From NCBI RefSeq assembly GCF_001457595.1, contig NZ_LN831039.1, forward strand, positions 5,130,001 to 5,162,000: a stretch of 32,000 nucleotides of DNA, written 5' to 3'. Origin of the DNA: Mycolicibacterium smegmatis. Lineage in GTDB: Bacteria; Actinomycetota; Actinomycetes; Mycobacteriales; Mycobacteriaceae. Positions within the stretch are counted from its first letter, which is position 1. Each line of letters begins with the position of its first letter. Both the position numbers and the translations under genes were made by a program. This document shows, one piece after another, positions 1 through 8,966 of the stretch. The notes under the pieces were generated by a model. That model was not told the origin of the DNA. It made no database searches and saw nothing but the letters and a program-made list of their open reading frames with translations.

Positions 1-633
1 TTCAGCGAGAAGGAGGCGACCGCGATCGCCAACCAGAACCGCAAGATGCTGCGCGTGCGCCTCGGCGAGCCTTTCATGGCGCGGCAGGGTTCGATGGTGG
101 CCTACCAGGGCAACGTCGACTTCGCGTTCGAAGGTGGCGGCGCGTCGAAGTTCATCAAGAAGGCGCTGACGGGTGAAGGGCTGCCGCTCATGCGGTGCCA
201 GGGCCAGGGTGACGTGTTCCTCGCCGACCGCTCGTTCGACGTGCACCTGCTGCAACTGACCAACACAGCACTTTCGGTCAGCGGCAAGAACGTGCTGGCG
301 TTCTCGTCGAGCCTCGACTGGAACATCGAACGCGTCCGCGGCGGCAGCATGGTCGCAGGCGGCCTGTTCAACACCATGCTGCGCGGTACCGGCTGGGTCG
401 CGCTCACCACCGACGGTCCGCCGGTGGTGCTCGACGCGTCCGAGGCGCCGACGTTCGCCGACACCAATGCCGTCGTGGCGTGGTCGGCCAACCTGCAGAC
501 CCAGCTCAAGATGAGCTTCAAGGCCGGTGCGCTGATCGGCCGCGGCTCCGGTGAGGCCATGCAGGTGGCGTTCCACGGCAACGGCTTCGTGATAGTCCAG
601 CCGTCCGAGGGCGTCACCTACCCGGTGCAGTGA
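1..633 (+). CDS. AIM24 (DUF124/TIGR00266-like) family protein, 5' end outside window
   Basis: Frame 1 is open from base 1 (FSEKEATAIANQNRK precedes the first ATG at 46) to the TGA at 631-633. The Gly-rich repetitive beta pattern is typical of AIM24 proteins (GSMVAYQGNVDF, GEGLPLMRCQGQGDVFLA, GGLFNTMLRGTGWVAL, GSGEAMQVAFHGNGFVIVQP). Confidence 0.7.
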   Translation, partial: FSEKEATAIANQNRKMLRVRLGEPFMARQGSMVAYQGNVDFAFEGGGASKFIKKALTGEGLPLMRCQGQGDVFLADRSFDVHLLQLTNTALSVSGKNVLAFSSSLDWNIERVRGGSMVAGGLFNTMLRGTGWVALTTDGPPVVLDASEAPTFADTNAVVAWSANLQTQLKMSFKAGALIGRGSGEAMQVAFHGNGFVIVQPSEGVTYPVQ

Positions 634-636
634 CGG

Positions 637-2868
637 TCAGCGAAAACGCTTCAGCCGCAAGCTGTTGCTGACCACGAACACCGACGAGAACGCCATGGCC
701 GCACCCGCGAGCATCGGGTTCAGCAGGCCCGCGGCAGCGAGCGGAAGTGCCGCCACGTTGTAGGCGAACGCCCAGAACAGGTTGCCCTTGATGGTCGCCA
801 ATGTCCTGCGGGACAAGCGGATCGCATCGGCGGCCGTACGCAGGTCGCCACGCACCAGGGTCAGGTCGCCTGCCTCGATCGCGACGTCGGTACCCGTGCC
901 CATCGACAGCCCCAGATCGGCCTGCGCGAGCGCCGCGGCGTCGTTGACACCGTCGCCGACCATCGCGACCACCCTGCCCTCGGCCTGCAGTCGTTTGATC
1001 ACGTCGGCCTTGTCCTGCGGCAGCACCTCGGCGTAGACGTCGTCGATGCCCACCTGATCGGCGATGGCGCGTGCCGCCGCGCCGTTGTCACCGGTCAGCA
1101 TGATGGGCTGCAGACCGAGTTTCCTCAGCTGTCCGATCGCCTCGGCCGACGTGGCCTTGACCGCGTCGGCGACCACGAGCACACCGCGCGCGGTGCCGTC
1201 CCAGCCCACGACGACCGCGGTGCGTCCCTGCGCCTGCGCGGCCTCCATCGCGTCGGCGAGCTTGCGCGGCAGGGATTTCTCGGGGTCCCCGAACAAGCGG
1301 GGCCTGCCGACGACGACGGCGCGGCCCTCGACGGTGCCCTGGACGCCCAGGCCCTCGATGTTGGCGAAACCCTCGACGGCGGGCAGTTCACCCGTCCGCT
1401 CCCTCGCACCCGCGGCGATGGCACGCGCGATCGGATGCTCCGAGGCGTCCTCGACGGCCGCGGCCACACGCAGCACGTCGTCGCGGTCCTCGCCGTCGGC
1501 GACCACGACGTCGAGCAGCGTCATCGATCCGGTGGTGATGGTGCCGGTCTTGTCGAGCACGATGGTGTCGACGCGCCGCGTGGATTCGAGCACCTCGGGC
1601 CCCTTGATGAGGATGCCGAGCTGCGCGCCGCGGCCCGTACCGACCAGCAGGGCCGTGGGGGTGGCCAGCCCCAGCGCACACGGGCACGCGATGATCAGCA
1701 CGGCGACCGCGGCGGTGAACGCCGCCGCCACCGATCCGCCTGTGCCGAGCCAGAATCCGAGGGTGGCCACCGCGAGCGCGATGACGATCGGCACGAACAC
1801 CGCCGACACCCGGTCGGCCAGGCGTTGCGCCTGCGCCTTGCCGCTCTGCGCGTCCTCGACGAGGCGGGCCATCTGCGCGAGCTGCGTGTCGGACCCGATC
1901 CGGTTGGCGCGCACCACCAGTCGTCCGCCGACGTTGACCGTGGCCCCGACCACCTGATCGCCCGGCCCGACCTCGACGGGCACCGATTCACCCGTGAGCA
2001 TCGATGCGTCGACCGCCGAGGACCCGTCGACCACCACACCGTCGGTGGCGATCTTCTCCCCCGGCCGCACCACGAACTCGTCGCCGACCCCCAGCTGGTC
2101 GATCGGGATGCGTTGTTCGGCACCGTTCCTCAGTATCGCGACGTCCTTGGCGCCGAGTTCCATCAGTGCGCGCAGGGCGGCCGAGGCGCGTCGTTTCGAC
2201 TTGGCCTCGAAGTAGCGTCCGGCCAGGATGAACGTCGTGACCCCGGCGGCGACCTCGAGGTAGATGTTGCCCGCACCGTCGGTGCGCGAACCCACGAGTG
2301 AGAACGGATGCGTCATCCCGGGGACACCGGCGGTGCCCCAGAACAGCGCGTACAACGACCAGCCGAACGCGGCCAGCGTGCCCATCGAGATCAGGGTGTC
2401 CATGGTCGCGGTGCCGTGACGCAGGTTGAGCCACGCCGCGCGGTGGAACGGCAACGCACCCCACACCACGACCGGCGCGGCCAGCGTCAGCGACAGCCAC
2501 TGCCAGTTGGTGAACTGCAACGCGGGCACCATCGCCATCGCGATCACCGGCACCGTGAGCACGGCCGACACCAGCAGACGGGTGCGCAGCGCATCGGTGG
2601 CCCGGTCCTCTGGATCCTGTTCTGTGCCACCGGTTTCCGGCTGCGGCGGCGCGGGCAGGTGCGCGGTGTAGCCCGCGGTCTCGACGACCTCGATCAGCGT
2701 CTCGGGCGAGACCTCGCCGGCCACCTCGACGCTGGCCTTCTCGGTCGCGTAGTTCACCGAGGCCGTGACCCCGTCGAGCTTGTTGAGTTTGCGTTCGATG
2801 CGTGCGGCGCACGAGGCACACGTCATCCCACCGATCTGCAACTCGACATGCCCGGTGGCAGTGGTCAC
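637..2868 (-). CDS. Copper(I)-exporting P1B-1-type ATPase (CtpA/CtpB/CtpV/CopA-like)
   Basis: 743 aa. It has an N-terminal HMA domain ([15 protein letters not shown]), the TM6 CPC motif ([13 protein letters not shown]), the DKTGT phosphorylation site and [10 protein letters not shown]. The Cu-specific TM7/8 signatures are present ([14 protein letters not shown]; [19 protein letters not shown]). A strong SD (GAGAGGAAGAG, minus strand) lies upstream of the ATG at 2868. Confidence 0.95.
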   Translation of the reverse strand: MTTATGHVELQIGGMTCASCAARIERKLNKLDGVTASVNYATEKASVEVAGEVSPETLIEVVETAGYTAHLPAPPQPETGGTEQDPEDRATDALRTRLLVSAVLTVPVIAMAMVPALQFTNWQWLSLTLAAPVVVWGALPFHRAAWLNLRHGTATMDTLISMGTLAAFGWSLYALFWGTAGVPGMTHPFSLVGSRTDGAGNIYLEVAAGVTTFILAGRYFEAKSKRRASAALRALMELGAKDVAILRNGAEQRIPIDQLGVGDEFVVRPGEKIATDGVVVDGSSAVDASMLTGESVPVEVGPGDQVVGATVNVGGRLVVRANRIGSDTQLAQMARLVEDAQSGKAQAQRLADRVSAVFVPIVIALAVATLGFWLGTGGSVAAAFTAAVAVLIIACPCALGLATPTALLVGTGRGAQLGILIKGPEVLESTRRVDTIVLDKTGTITTGSMTLLDVVVADGEDRDDVLRVAAAVEDASEHPIARAIAAGARERTGELPAVEGFANIEGLGVQGTVEGRAVVVGRPRLFGDPEKSLPRKLADAMEAAQAQGRTAVVVGWDGTARGVLVVADAVKATSAEAIGQLRKLGLQPIMLTGDNGAAARAIADQVGIDDVYAEVLPQDKADVIKRLQAEGRVVAMVGDGVNDAAALAQADLGLSMGTGTDVAIEAGDLTLVRGDLRTAADAIRLSRRTLATIKGNLFWAFAYNVAALPLAAAGLLNPMLAGAAMAFSSVFVVSNSLRLKRFR

Positions 2869-2889
2869 GGCTCTTCCTCTCAGTGGCTT

Positions 2890-3726
2890 CTAGTGGCTGT
2901 GGCCGTCTTGGTGACCGTCTTGGTGGCCGTCTTGATGGCCCGTACCTTCGGGCACCGCGACCGTGAACTCGGCCGTGCGCACCACGTCGTCGTGCTTGAA
3001 GTCGAAGTACAGGCGGTAGTCGCCCGCGCTGGGGAACTCGGTGTGGAACGCGACGTCGCCCGGGCTGTCCCCGATCGGGTGCACGTGCAGGTAGTGCAGG
3101 TCCGACGCACGCAGGGCGACCAGGTGCCCATAGGCGCCCAGGTAGGGCTGCAGGTCCGCCGGCTTGCCGTCACGGCTCACCGACAGCGTCAGCTCCGATG
3201 CGCTCTGCGCGACGGGCGATCCCGTCAGGGTCACGGTGTATCCGTCGACGGTCGCGGTGTTCGACGGGGCGGGCAGCGGTTGCGGCTCATCGGAACCGGT
3301 TACCCGCAGATCCGCCTCGGCCACCACGCCGGAGGCGCCGGCCGGGACGAAGTCGGCGAACACACGGTGCTTGCCGCCGGTGGGCACGTCGAGCGGCACG
3401 CTCCACGTGCCCTTCGAGGTGCCCTCGGCGTCCAGAGCCGGGTGCAGGTGCTGATACCCCGTCAGGTCGTCCCGGACGACGATGAGGTGCAGGTCTTTCT
3501 CGTGGTTTTCGTCGTACTCGGTGACCGCGGCGCCCGATGCGTCGACGATGCGGAACCGCAGCGGCACCTGCGTGCCGGGCGCCACCGACTCGTCGGCCAA
3601 CTCAAGGGAGTAGCCGGCGGCCGGTGCGTCCGGTTCGTCCGCCCACACCGATCCGACGCCGAACGCCGCGGCGAACACCGCGACGAGTCCGGCGCCGAAT
3701 GCGGCGATCTTGGCGTCAGCTCGCAA
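2890..3726 (-). CDS. Secreted two-domain protein with C-terminal (GHQD)3-GHSH tail; putative extracytoplasmic copper-binding protein, family not recognised
   Basis: 278 aa with a TTG start at 3726 that overlaps the copZ stop by 11 nt. N-terminal signal peptide (KIAAFGAGLVAVFAAAFGVGSVWA/DEP). Two roughly 100-aa internal repeats share DLHLIVVRDDLTGYQHLHP..GKHRVFADF and YGHLVALRASDLHYLHVHP..GDYRLYFDF. His-rich tail. The gene is sandwiched between copZ and the Cu-ATPase. Confidence 0.7.
   Translation of the reverse strand: MRADAKIAAFGAGLVAVFAAAFGVGSVWADEPDAPAAGYSLELADESVAPGTQVPLRFRIVDASGAAVTEYDENHEKDLHLIVVRDDLTGYQHLHPALDAEGTSKGTWSVPLDVPTGGKHRVFADFVPAGASGVVAEADLRVTGSDEPQPLPAPSNTATVDGYTVTLTGSPVAQSASELTLSVSRDGKPADLQPYLGAYGHLVALRASDLHYLHVHPIGDSPGDVAFHTEFPSAGDYRLYFDFKHDDVVRTAEFTVAVPEGTGHQDGHQDGHQDGHSH
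2902..2937. repeat. 3 x 12-bp in-frame tandem repeat (gccgtcttggtg / accgtcttggtg / gccgtcttgatg) encoding the HQDG repeats of the His-rich tail
   Basis: Read directly from the sequence. The three units are adjacent and differ at 1-2 positions. Confidence 0.9.
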
Positions 3727-3922
3727 CGGCGTAGCCCGCTTCCGCGACAGCCTCGCGGATCGCCTCGTCGTCGAGCTGACGGTCGCTGCCGATCGTCACC
3801 TGACCGGTCGCCAGGTCGACGTCAACCGTGGTGACGCCGGGGATGCTGCCGACCTCTTCGCGCACCGAGGTGACGCAGTGTCCGCAGGTCATGCCAGTGA
3901 CTGTGACGGTCTGGGTTGTCAT
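3716..3922 (-). CDS. copZ: CopZ-like heavy-metal-associated (HMA) copper chaperone
   Basis: 68 aa. MTTQTVTVTGMTCGHCVTSVREEV carries the GMTCxxC motif in a ferredoxin-like HMA domain. It is the first gene of the copZ / secreted protein / ATPase operon. Confidence 0.9.
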   Translation of the reverse strand: MTTQTVTVTGMTCGHCVTSVREEVGSIPGVTTVDVDLATGQVTIGSDRQLDDEAIREAVAEAGYAVAS

Positions 3923-3929
3923 GCCACAT

Positions 3930-3935
3930 ACTATA
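3930..3935 (-). promoter_or_regulatory. Candidate -10 hexamer (TATAGT on minus strand) for a leaderless copZ transcript
   Basis: TATAGT ends 7 nt before the A of the copZ ATG (3922) and overlaps the operator arm. A weak -35 (TTCATG) sits 17 nt upstream. No SD sequence is present. Confidence 0.4.
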
Positions 3936-3949
3936 CCCCCCTAGGGTAT
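3933..3949. promoter_or_regulatory. CsoR/RicR-type copper-repressor operator candidate (ATACCC-CCCTA-GGGTAT)
   Basis: A 6-bp perfect inverted repeat, ATACCC(3933-3938)/GGGTAT(3944-3949), with a 5-bp spacer, lies 11 bp upstream of the copZ ATG. It matches the G/C-tract pseudo-palindrome TACCC-N5-GGGTA described for CsoR/RicR operators in Bacillus, Streptomyces and M. tuberculosis (recalled, not searched). Confidence 0.65.
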
Positions 3950-3972
3950 GAGCATGAAATGTTTCCCGCTTC

Positions 3973-4584
3973 TCAGAGCGAGTCGAGGACCTGCCGCATG
4001 TCCTTGATCTCCTGCTCCTGCGTGATCACGATCGTGCGGGCCATCTGCACCGCATCCTCGAACCGGCCCTCGTTGACCTCTTCCTGCGCCATGTCGATCG
4101 CGCCCTCGTGGTGGGCGATCATGTGCGTGAGGAACAGCTTGGCCGCGTCGACACCCTGCGCGTCGCGCAGTGCCGTCATGTCGGCGTCCGACACCATGCC
4201 CGCCATGCCGCCGTGGTCACCCATGCCTTCGTGATCACCCATGGGCGGGTTGCCCCACTGCTTGAGCCAGGACTGCATCTGGTCGATCTCCGGGCCCTGC
4301 GCGGCCTGGATCTGATCGGCCAGGTCGGTGACACGGGGGTCGATGTCGGGTTTACCCAGGATGATGTCGCTCATCTCCACGGCCTGCTGGTGGTGCGGGA
4401 TCATGTGCTGCGCGAACATCACGTCGGCATCGTTGTGGGGCCGCCCCTGCTGCGTGGTGGAAGGGGCCGCGGCCGCCGAGGTCGTCTGGGCCTGCTCGGC
4501 CGTGGTATCGCTGCCGCAGCCTGCCACCACGAAGCTCAGGGCGAACACCGAGATCCCACCCGCCAGCACCTTCTTCATACGCAT
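3973..4584 (-). CDS. DUF305-family lipoprotein with Met/His-rich loop (copper-resistance-associated)
   Basis: Lipobox FVVAGC|GS. Two DUF305 half-repeats (MFAQHMIPHHQQAVEM; FLTHMIAHHEGAIDMA). Cu(I)-type loop PPMGDHEGMGDHGGMAGM. I prefer the ATG at 4584 (MRMKKVLAGG, AGGGAA SD-like 10 nt upstream). The ORF can also be extended to the GTG at 4605, which would overlap the cyclase stop (GTGA). Confidence 0.85.
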   Translation of the reverse strand: MRMKKVLAGGISVFALSFVVAGCGSDTTAEQAQTTSAAAAPSTTQQGRPHNDADVMFAQHMIPHHQQAVEMSDIILGKPDIDPRVTDLADQIQAAQGPEIDQMQSWLKQWGNPPMGDHEGMGDHGGMAGMVSDADMTALRDAQGVDAAKLFLTHMIAHHEGAIDMAQEEVNEGRFEDAVQMARTIVITQEQEIKDMRQVLDSL

Positions 4585-4601
4585 GTCGCTGCCATTCCCT
4601 T

Positions 4602-5726
4602 TCACTGATCCCGCATCCGGGCCCGAAACATTTTCACGTCACCTTTGATGCCCTTGAGACGCCGCGCGCCGGCGAACGACCACCTGAACCTGTCGTCGTC
4701 GGCGGCGATCGCCTGCCGCGTCGACTCCGCGACCAGCACCGTGCCCGGCCGGGCCACACCCGTGACCCGGCTGGCCAGGTTCACCGGGCTGCCGAACCAG
4801 TCACCCGCGCGGCTCACGGCCATGCCGGTGGCCAGCCCGACACGCAGCCCCGGAAACTCCGGATCGGCCTCGGTGGCGGCCACCAGGTTCAGCACGGCGT
4901 CGAGCAGTGCGGCCGGTTCGGGGCTGACCAGCATGACGGCGTCGCCGATCGTCTTGATCAGCCGCACCGGCGGCCGGACCACGTCGCGGGTGGCCTCGGC
5001 CAGTGAATTCGCCAGCTGCTCAAGCTGTTCCGGCGGCACCACCTCGCCGAGGCGGGTGAACCCGACGATATCGGCGAAGGCCACCGTGACCAGCCGCGCA
5101 CCCGGCAACGGAACACCCTCGGCCCGTTCGGAGGCGTCGACGGCCTCGGTCTCCATGGCGTGTCGAAGCTGCACGAACAGCATGTCCTGGATCATCGGGC
5201 CCAGCAGCGGGGCGGCCTCGGCCACCAGGCCCTCGGCCGCTTTGGCGGTCTCAAGTTCGCTGGCTCCGGGCTCCAGCACCGCGGCGAGCGCCGCGGCCCG
5301 CATCACCTCGGCGGCACGGCTGAGCCCCTCGGCGAGCACGCGCGTGATCAGCACGACCTGATCGGCGTCGATGCCCAGGTCGATGAACTGCTGCGAGAAC
5401 GTCACGGCCTCGGCGTCGGCGCGCAGCAGCACCGCGGCGTCGGGGTCCTCCACCGCGGGCAGCCCCATCGCGCGTTGCAGCCGCTGCAGCAGGTCGAGGT
5501 CCAAGCCGGTCTGCTCGCTGATCTCGCGCGCCGAGACGTACGTCCCGTCGTCACCCGCGACGCGGCGTGACGCCAGCAACATCGGGGTGATCGCCTGACC
5601 GATCTGGTCGACCGAGATCCCACGGCTGAGCAGCCAGTTGATCAGTTCCTCACGCTGCGACCGCGCTGCGCCGTCCAGCCCTTCCAGGAGTGGCTGGATG
5701 TCCGGCTGCACCTGTTGCGACACCAC
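4602..5726 (-). CDS. Class III adenylyl cyclase with N-terminal autoinhibitory domain, Rv1264-type (pH-sensing AC)
   Basis: 374 aa. Catalytic core: [55 protein letters not shown]. The N-terminal regulatory region ([55 protein letters not shown]) closely resembles my recollection of M. tuberculosis Rv1264. GTG start at 5726 (or 5723). Confidence 0.9.
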   Translation of the reverse strand: MVSQQVQPDIQPLLEGLDGAARSQREELINWLLSRGISVDQIGQAITPMLLASRRVAGDDGTYVSAREISEQTGLDLDLLQRLQRAMGLPAVEDPDAAVLLRADAEAVTFSQQFIDLGIDADQVVLITRVLAEGLSRAAEVMRAAALAAVLEPGASELETAKAAEGLVAEAAPLLGPMIQDMLFVQLRHAMETEAVDASERAEGVPLPGARLVTVAFADIVGFTRLGEVVPPEQLEQLANSLAEATRDVVRPPVRLIKTIGDAVMLVSPEPAALLDAVLNLVAATEADPEFPGLRVGLATGMAVSRAGDWFGSPVNLASRVTGVARPGTVLVAESTRQAIAADDDRFRWSFAGARRLKGIKGDVKMFRARMRDQ

Positions 5727-5741
5727 ATCAACGTATACCGG

Positions 5742-7025
5742 TCAGGCGGTGTCCCGGACCGCCCTGACCGCGGGCGCGGTCGACGGGCCCAGCAGGGTCG
5801 ACATGTCACGCGGATAGCGGACGTCGACGGCCACCGCGTCGCCGAAGCGGTAGGGCCTGCCCTCGATCATGCCGACGAACTGTTTACGCAGGCGCGACAT
5901 CTCGGCACGCACCGTGACCACGCGCGTCCGGTCGCCGTACAGGTCACCGGCGAGTTCCGGTGCCGAACGCCCCTGCCGTGCGGTTGCGAGCACCAGCAGG
6001 ATCTCGGCGTGACGAATCGATATGCTGCGCCGCCAGCTGCCGAACTGCCCCGTCATCTCCAGTGACGGATCGTTGCCGTCGCGCAGATCGAGCGTGACGC
6101 GGGTCGGCGCCGGGCTGGCCTCGGTGTCGTCGGAGACCCGCACGAGCCAGCCGTCGGGCAGCGCCTCCACATCGCACATGCCCAGCGACGGGATCCACGC
6201 GCGGCCCGGTAAACCCCGTTCCGGCAGCAGGATCCGGTTGTGCAGCGGAAGCGAGTCGACCGCGGCCACCCACCCTTCCGCGTCGACCGCGAGGGCCGGG
6301 CGGCCGATGCGGGACAGGATCGGCGCCGACACCGCACGCAACCGGTTGAGGGTGCGGTCGTGCGCCTCGCGAAGTTTGGACTCGGCCAGCCGCGCCACGA
6401 GGTCGACGAGCGCGACCGTGGTCGGGTGCACGGTGTCGGCAGGCCCGGACACGTCGACGATGCCGATCACATGACCCGTACGCGGGTCACGGATGGGTGC
6501 GCCCGCGCACGTCCACGAATGGTGGCTACGCAGGAAATGCTCGGCCGAGAACACTTGCACCGCACGGTGCGACACCAGGGCCGTGCCGATGCCGTTGGTG
6601 CCCACCGAGCTCTCGGCCCACGATGCACCCTCGATGAACCCGAGCCGGTCGGCGAGTTTGAGCACGCGCGGCGAACCGGACCGCCACAGCACCCGGCCCC
6701 GCGCATCGGCGAGCACCAGGATGTTCTCGCCGTCGTCGATCACCGTTTCCAGACCGCGTGACACGTCGTCGAGAACGGCCATCAGACCCGACGATTGGCG
6801 CAGCATGTCCAGCCCGCTGGTGTCCACATCCGGCGGGATGTGCTGCTCGGGATGAATTCCTTTGCCCAGCAATCGTTTCCACGAATCTTCGATGAGTTGC
6901 CGCGGCCGTGCGGGCCCCCGCACGCCCGACATCGTGGCGTCATAGACCTCCGCCAGGAGCATCGCGTAACGCCGCGGGTCGTCGCCGGGGGCGACCGCGG
7001 GCTCAGGCGTCGAGGGACCGGGCAT
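5742..7025 (-). CDS. AcoR-like GAF-domain transcriptional regulator with C-terminal winged-helix (OmpR/SARP-like) domain, no sigma-54 AAA+ module
   Basis: The GAF core is typical of the AcoR N-terminus (ESSVGTNGIGTALVSHRAVQVFSAEHFLRSHHSWTCAGAPIRDPRTGHVIGIVDVSG). The C-terminus (HAEILLVLATARQGRSAPELAGDLYGDRTRVVTVRAEMSRLRKQF) looks like a trans_reg_C winged helix. I prefer the ATG at 7025; a TTG at 7031 and a GTG at 7028 are also in frame. Confidence 0.8.
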   Translation of the reverse strand: MPGPSTPEPAVAPGDDPRRYAMLLAEVYDATMSGVRGPARPRQLIEDSWKRLLGKGIHPEQHIPPDVDTSGLDMLRQSSGLMAVLDDVSRGLETVIDDGENILVLADARGRVLWRSGSPRVLKLADRLGFIEGASWAESSVGTNGIGTALVSHRAVQVFSAEHFLRSHHSWTCAGAPIRDPRTGHVIGIVDVSGPADTVHPTTVALVDLVARLAESKLREAHDRTLNRLRAVSAPILSRIGRPALAVDAEGWVAAVDSLPLHNRILLPERGLPGRAWIPSLGMCDVEALPDGWLVRVSDDTEASPAPTRVTLDLRDGNDPSLEMTGQFGSWRRSISIRHAEILLVLATARQGRSAPELAGDLYGDRTRVVTVRAEMSRLRKQFVGMIEGRPYRFGDAVAVDVRYPRDMSTLLGPSTAPAVRAVRDTA

Positions 7026-7069
7026 CACCAACGATTGTGCGCCATGTCACAAGCCTGAGGCCAATCGAC

Positions 7070-7849
7070 CTACCGATAGACCAGTCCGCCGTCGATGATC
7101 GGCGCCTGACCAGTCATGTAAGCCGCGTCGGGTCCGGCGAGGTAGGACACGAAGGCCGCGACGTCCTCGGGCGTCTCGGCGCGGCCCAGGGCGATGCCTC
7201 CGACGAACTGATCGAACGTCGCACCCACCTCGGCGCCGGTCAGGTCGGCGAACCGCTGATCGATCTCGACCCACATGTCCGTGCCGACCACACCCGGGCA
7301 GTAGGCGTTGACGGTGATTCCCGACGAGGCGTACTCCTTTGCCGCGGCCTGCGTGAGCGCCCGCACCGCGAACTTGCTGGCGCTGTACACGCCGAGCATG
7401 GCGAACCCGTCGTGACCTGCGATCGACGATGCGTTGATGATCCGCCCCGGCACGCCGAGCTCGACGAACTTGGCCGCAGCGGCCTGGATGCCCCACAGCA
7501 CGCCGTTGACGTTGACGCCCCACACGCGTGCCGCGTCGTCGGGCGTCACCTCGGCGACCGGGCCCACCAGTGCGACGCCCGCGTTGTTGACCATGATGTC
7601 GAACCCGCCGAGTGCGGACTGCGCGTGTTCCACAGCCGCGAACACCGCGTCACGGTCGCTCACGTCGGCGACGAACGTCGTGGCCTTCGAACCGATCGCG
7701 GCGACCTCGTCGGCCACCGCGTCGATGCCGTCGGCCGTGACGTCGACCAGCGCGATGTCGGCGCCGTCCTGCGCCAGTCGCAGTGCGATACCCCGGCCGA
7801 TCCCGCGGCCCGCGCCGGTGACCAGCGCGACCTTTCCTTGCAATGACAT
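7070..7849 (-). CDS. budC: SDR-family acetoin reductase / meso-2,3-butanediol dehydrogenase
   Basis: 259 aa. TGAGRGIG cofactor motif, NNAG, and the catalytic YSASKFAVRALTQ. The protein is alignable end to end with the acetoin-reductase subfamily (INASSIAGHDG, ITVNAYCPGVVGTDMW, GRAETPEDVAAFVSYLAGPDAAYMTGQ). Confidence 0.85.
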   Translation of the reverse strand: MSLQGKVALVTGAGRGIGRGIALRLAQDGADIALVDVTADGIDAVADEVAAIGSKATTFVADVSDRDAVFAAVEHAQSALGGFDIMVNNAGVALVGPVAEVTPDDAARVWGVNVNGVLWGIQAAAAKFVELGVPGRIINASSIAGHDGFAMLGVYSASKFAVRALTQAAAKEYASSGITVNAYCPGVVGTDMWVEIDQRFADLTGAEVGATFDQFVGGIALGRAETPEDVAAFVSYLAGPDAAYMTGQAPIIDGGLVYR

Positions 7850-7880
7850 ACGTTGTGCTCCTTTGCTTTTGGTTGTCCCG

Positions 7881-8927
7881 TCAGATGGCCGGGTCGATGA
7901 GGACCTTCATCTTGCGGCCCGCGTGCAGTGCCTCGAATCCCTCGTCGATCACGTCGTCGATGCCGATCGTGGTGACCCACCCCGTGGTGTCGTACACGCC
8001 GTCGGCCATCAGGGCGATCACCGCCTCGAAGTCGGCCGACGTGTAACACAGCGAGCCCTGGATACGGGACTCGTTCATCACGAGGTTCAGCAGCGGTGTG
8101 GTCAACGGCTTCTCGTAGATCGCGACACTGATGGTCGGCCGTCGCGAACCGACACTCGCGGTGGCGGCCTCGATCGCCGGCGCCACCCCGGCCGCGTCGA
8201 AGGCCGCATCGGCCCCACGCCCACCGGTCACGTCGGCGATGAACGCGGGCACGTCGACCTGCGTCGGATCCAGTGTCTGCGCACCGAGCGCCTCGATCGC
8301 GGCGCGCCGCGTCGGTGACGGTTCGGCGACGTACACCGACTCGAGTCCCTTGCCCCGCAAGGCGAACCACAACCCGATGCCGATGGGGCCGGCACCGAAG
8401 ACCACCGCGGTGTCGCCCGCACCCACGTCGCCCAGGGTCGCCGCGTGGTACGCCACCGACATGGGTTCCACCAGCGCGCCGAGTTGCAGCGACACGTTGT
8501 CAGGCAGTTTGTGCAGCATGTCGACCGGCACGACGGTGTATTCGGCCATGCCGCCGTCGCACATCAGGCCGTGGAAACCGATCTGTTGGCACACGTTGTA
8601 GTTGCCTGCGCGGCACGGCGCGCAGTGGCCGCACCGGTAGATCGGTTCGATCGCCACGCGGTCGCCCGGGGCGAACCCGGTGACACCCGCACCGACATCG
8701 GTGATGGTGCCTGCGAACTCGTGCCCCATGGTCAGCGGCATGACCTGTCCGGTCAGCGGATGCGGTTCGGTGGGCACGAAGATCGGGCCCGCATAGTATT
8801 CATGCAGGTCAGTGCCACAAATTCCGTTGAACCCGACCTTCACCTTGACCGTGCCCGGTCCCGGTTGCGGTTCGGGGAGGTCAGCGATCTCCAGTTTGTT
8901 GGGTCCGTGATAGACGGCAGCTTTCAT
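7881..8927 (-). CDS. bdhA: Zn-dependent medium-chain (R,R)-2,3-butanediol dehydrogenase
   Basis: 348 aa. GICGTDLHEYYAGPIF, MGHEF, GDRVAIEP, GAGPIGIG. The layout matches B. subtilis BdhA-type enzymes (recalled). SD AAAGGAGCA precedes the downstream budC, which suggests an operon bdhA-budC-regulator. Confidence 0.85.
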   Translation of the reverse strand: MKAAVYHGPNKLEIADLPEPQPGPGTVKVKVGFNGICGTDLHEYYAGPIFVPTEPHPLTGQVMPLTMGHEFAGTITDVGAGVTGFAPGDRVAIEPIYRCGHCAPCRAGNYNVCQQIGFHGLMCDGGMAEYTVVPVDMLHKLPDNVSLQLGALVEPMSVAYHAATLGDVGAGDTAVVFGAGPIGIGLWFALRGKGLESVYVAEPSPTRRAAIEALGAQTLDPTQVDVPAFIADVTGGRGADAAFDAAGVAPAIEAATASVGSRRPTISVAIYEKPLTTPLLNLVMNESRIQGSLCYTSADFEAVIALMADGVYDTTGWVTTIGIDDVIDEGFEALHAGRKMKVLIDPAI

Positions 8928-8966
8928 GCGCCTCAGTTAAGAGTGACCCACGACACATGCGACAGG

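Noticed and set aside
2308-3834. 508-aa plus-strand ORF spanning the ATPase 5' end, the His-rich gene and copZ
   Set aside because: It is an Arg/His/Gly-rich shadow frame opposite three well-supported minus-strand genes, with no motifs.
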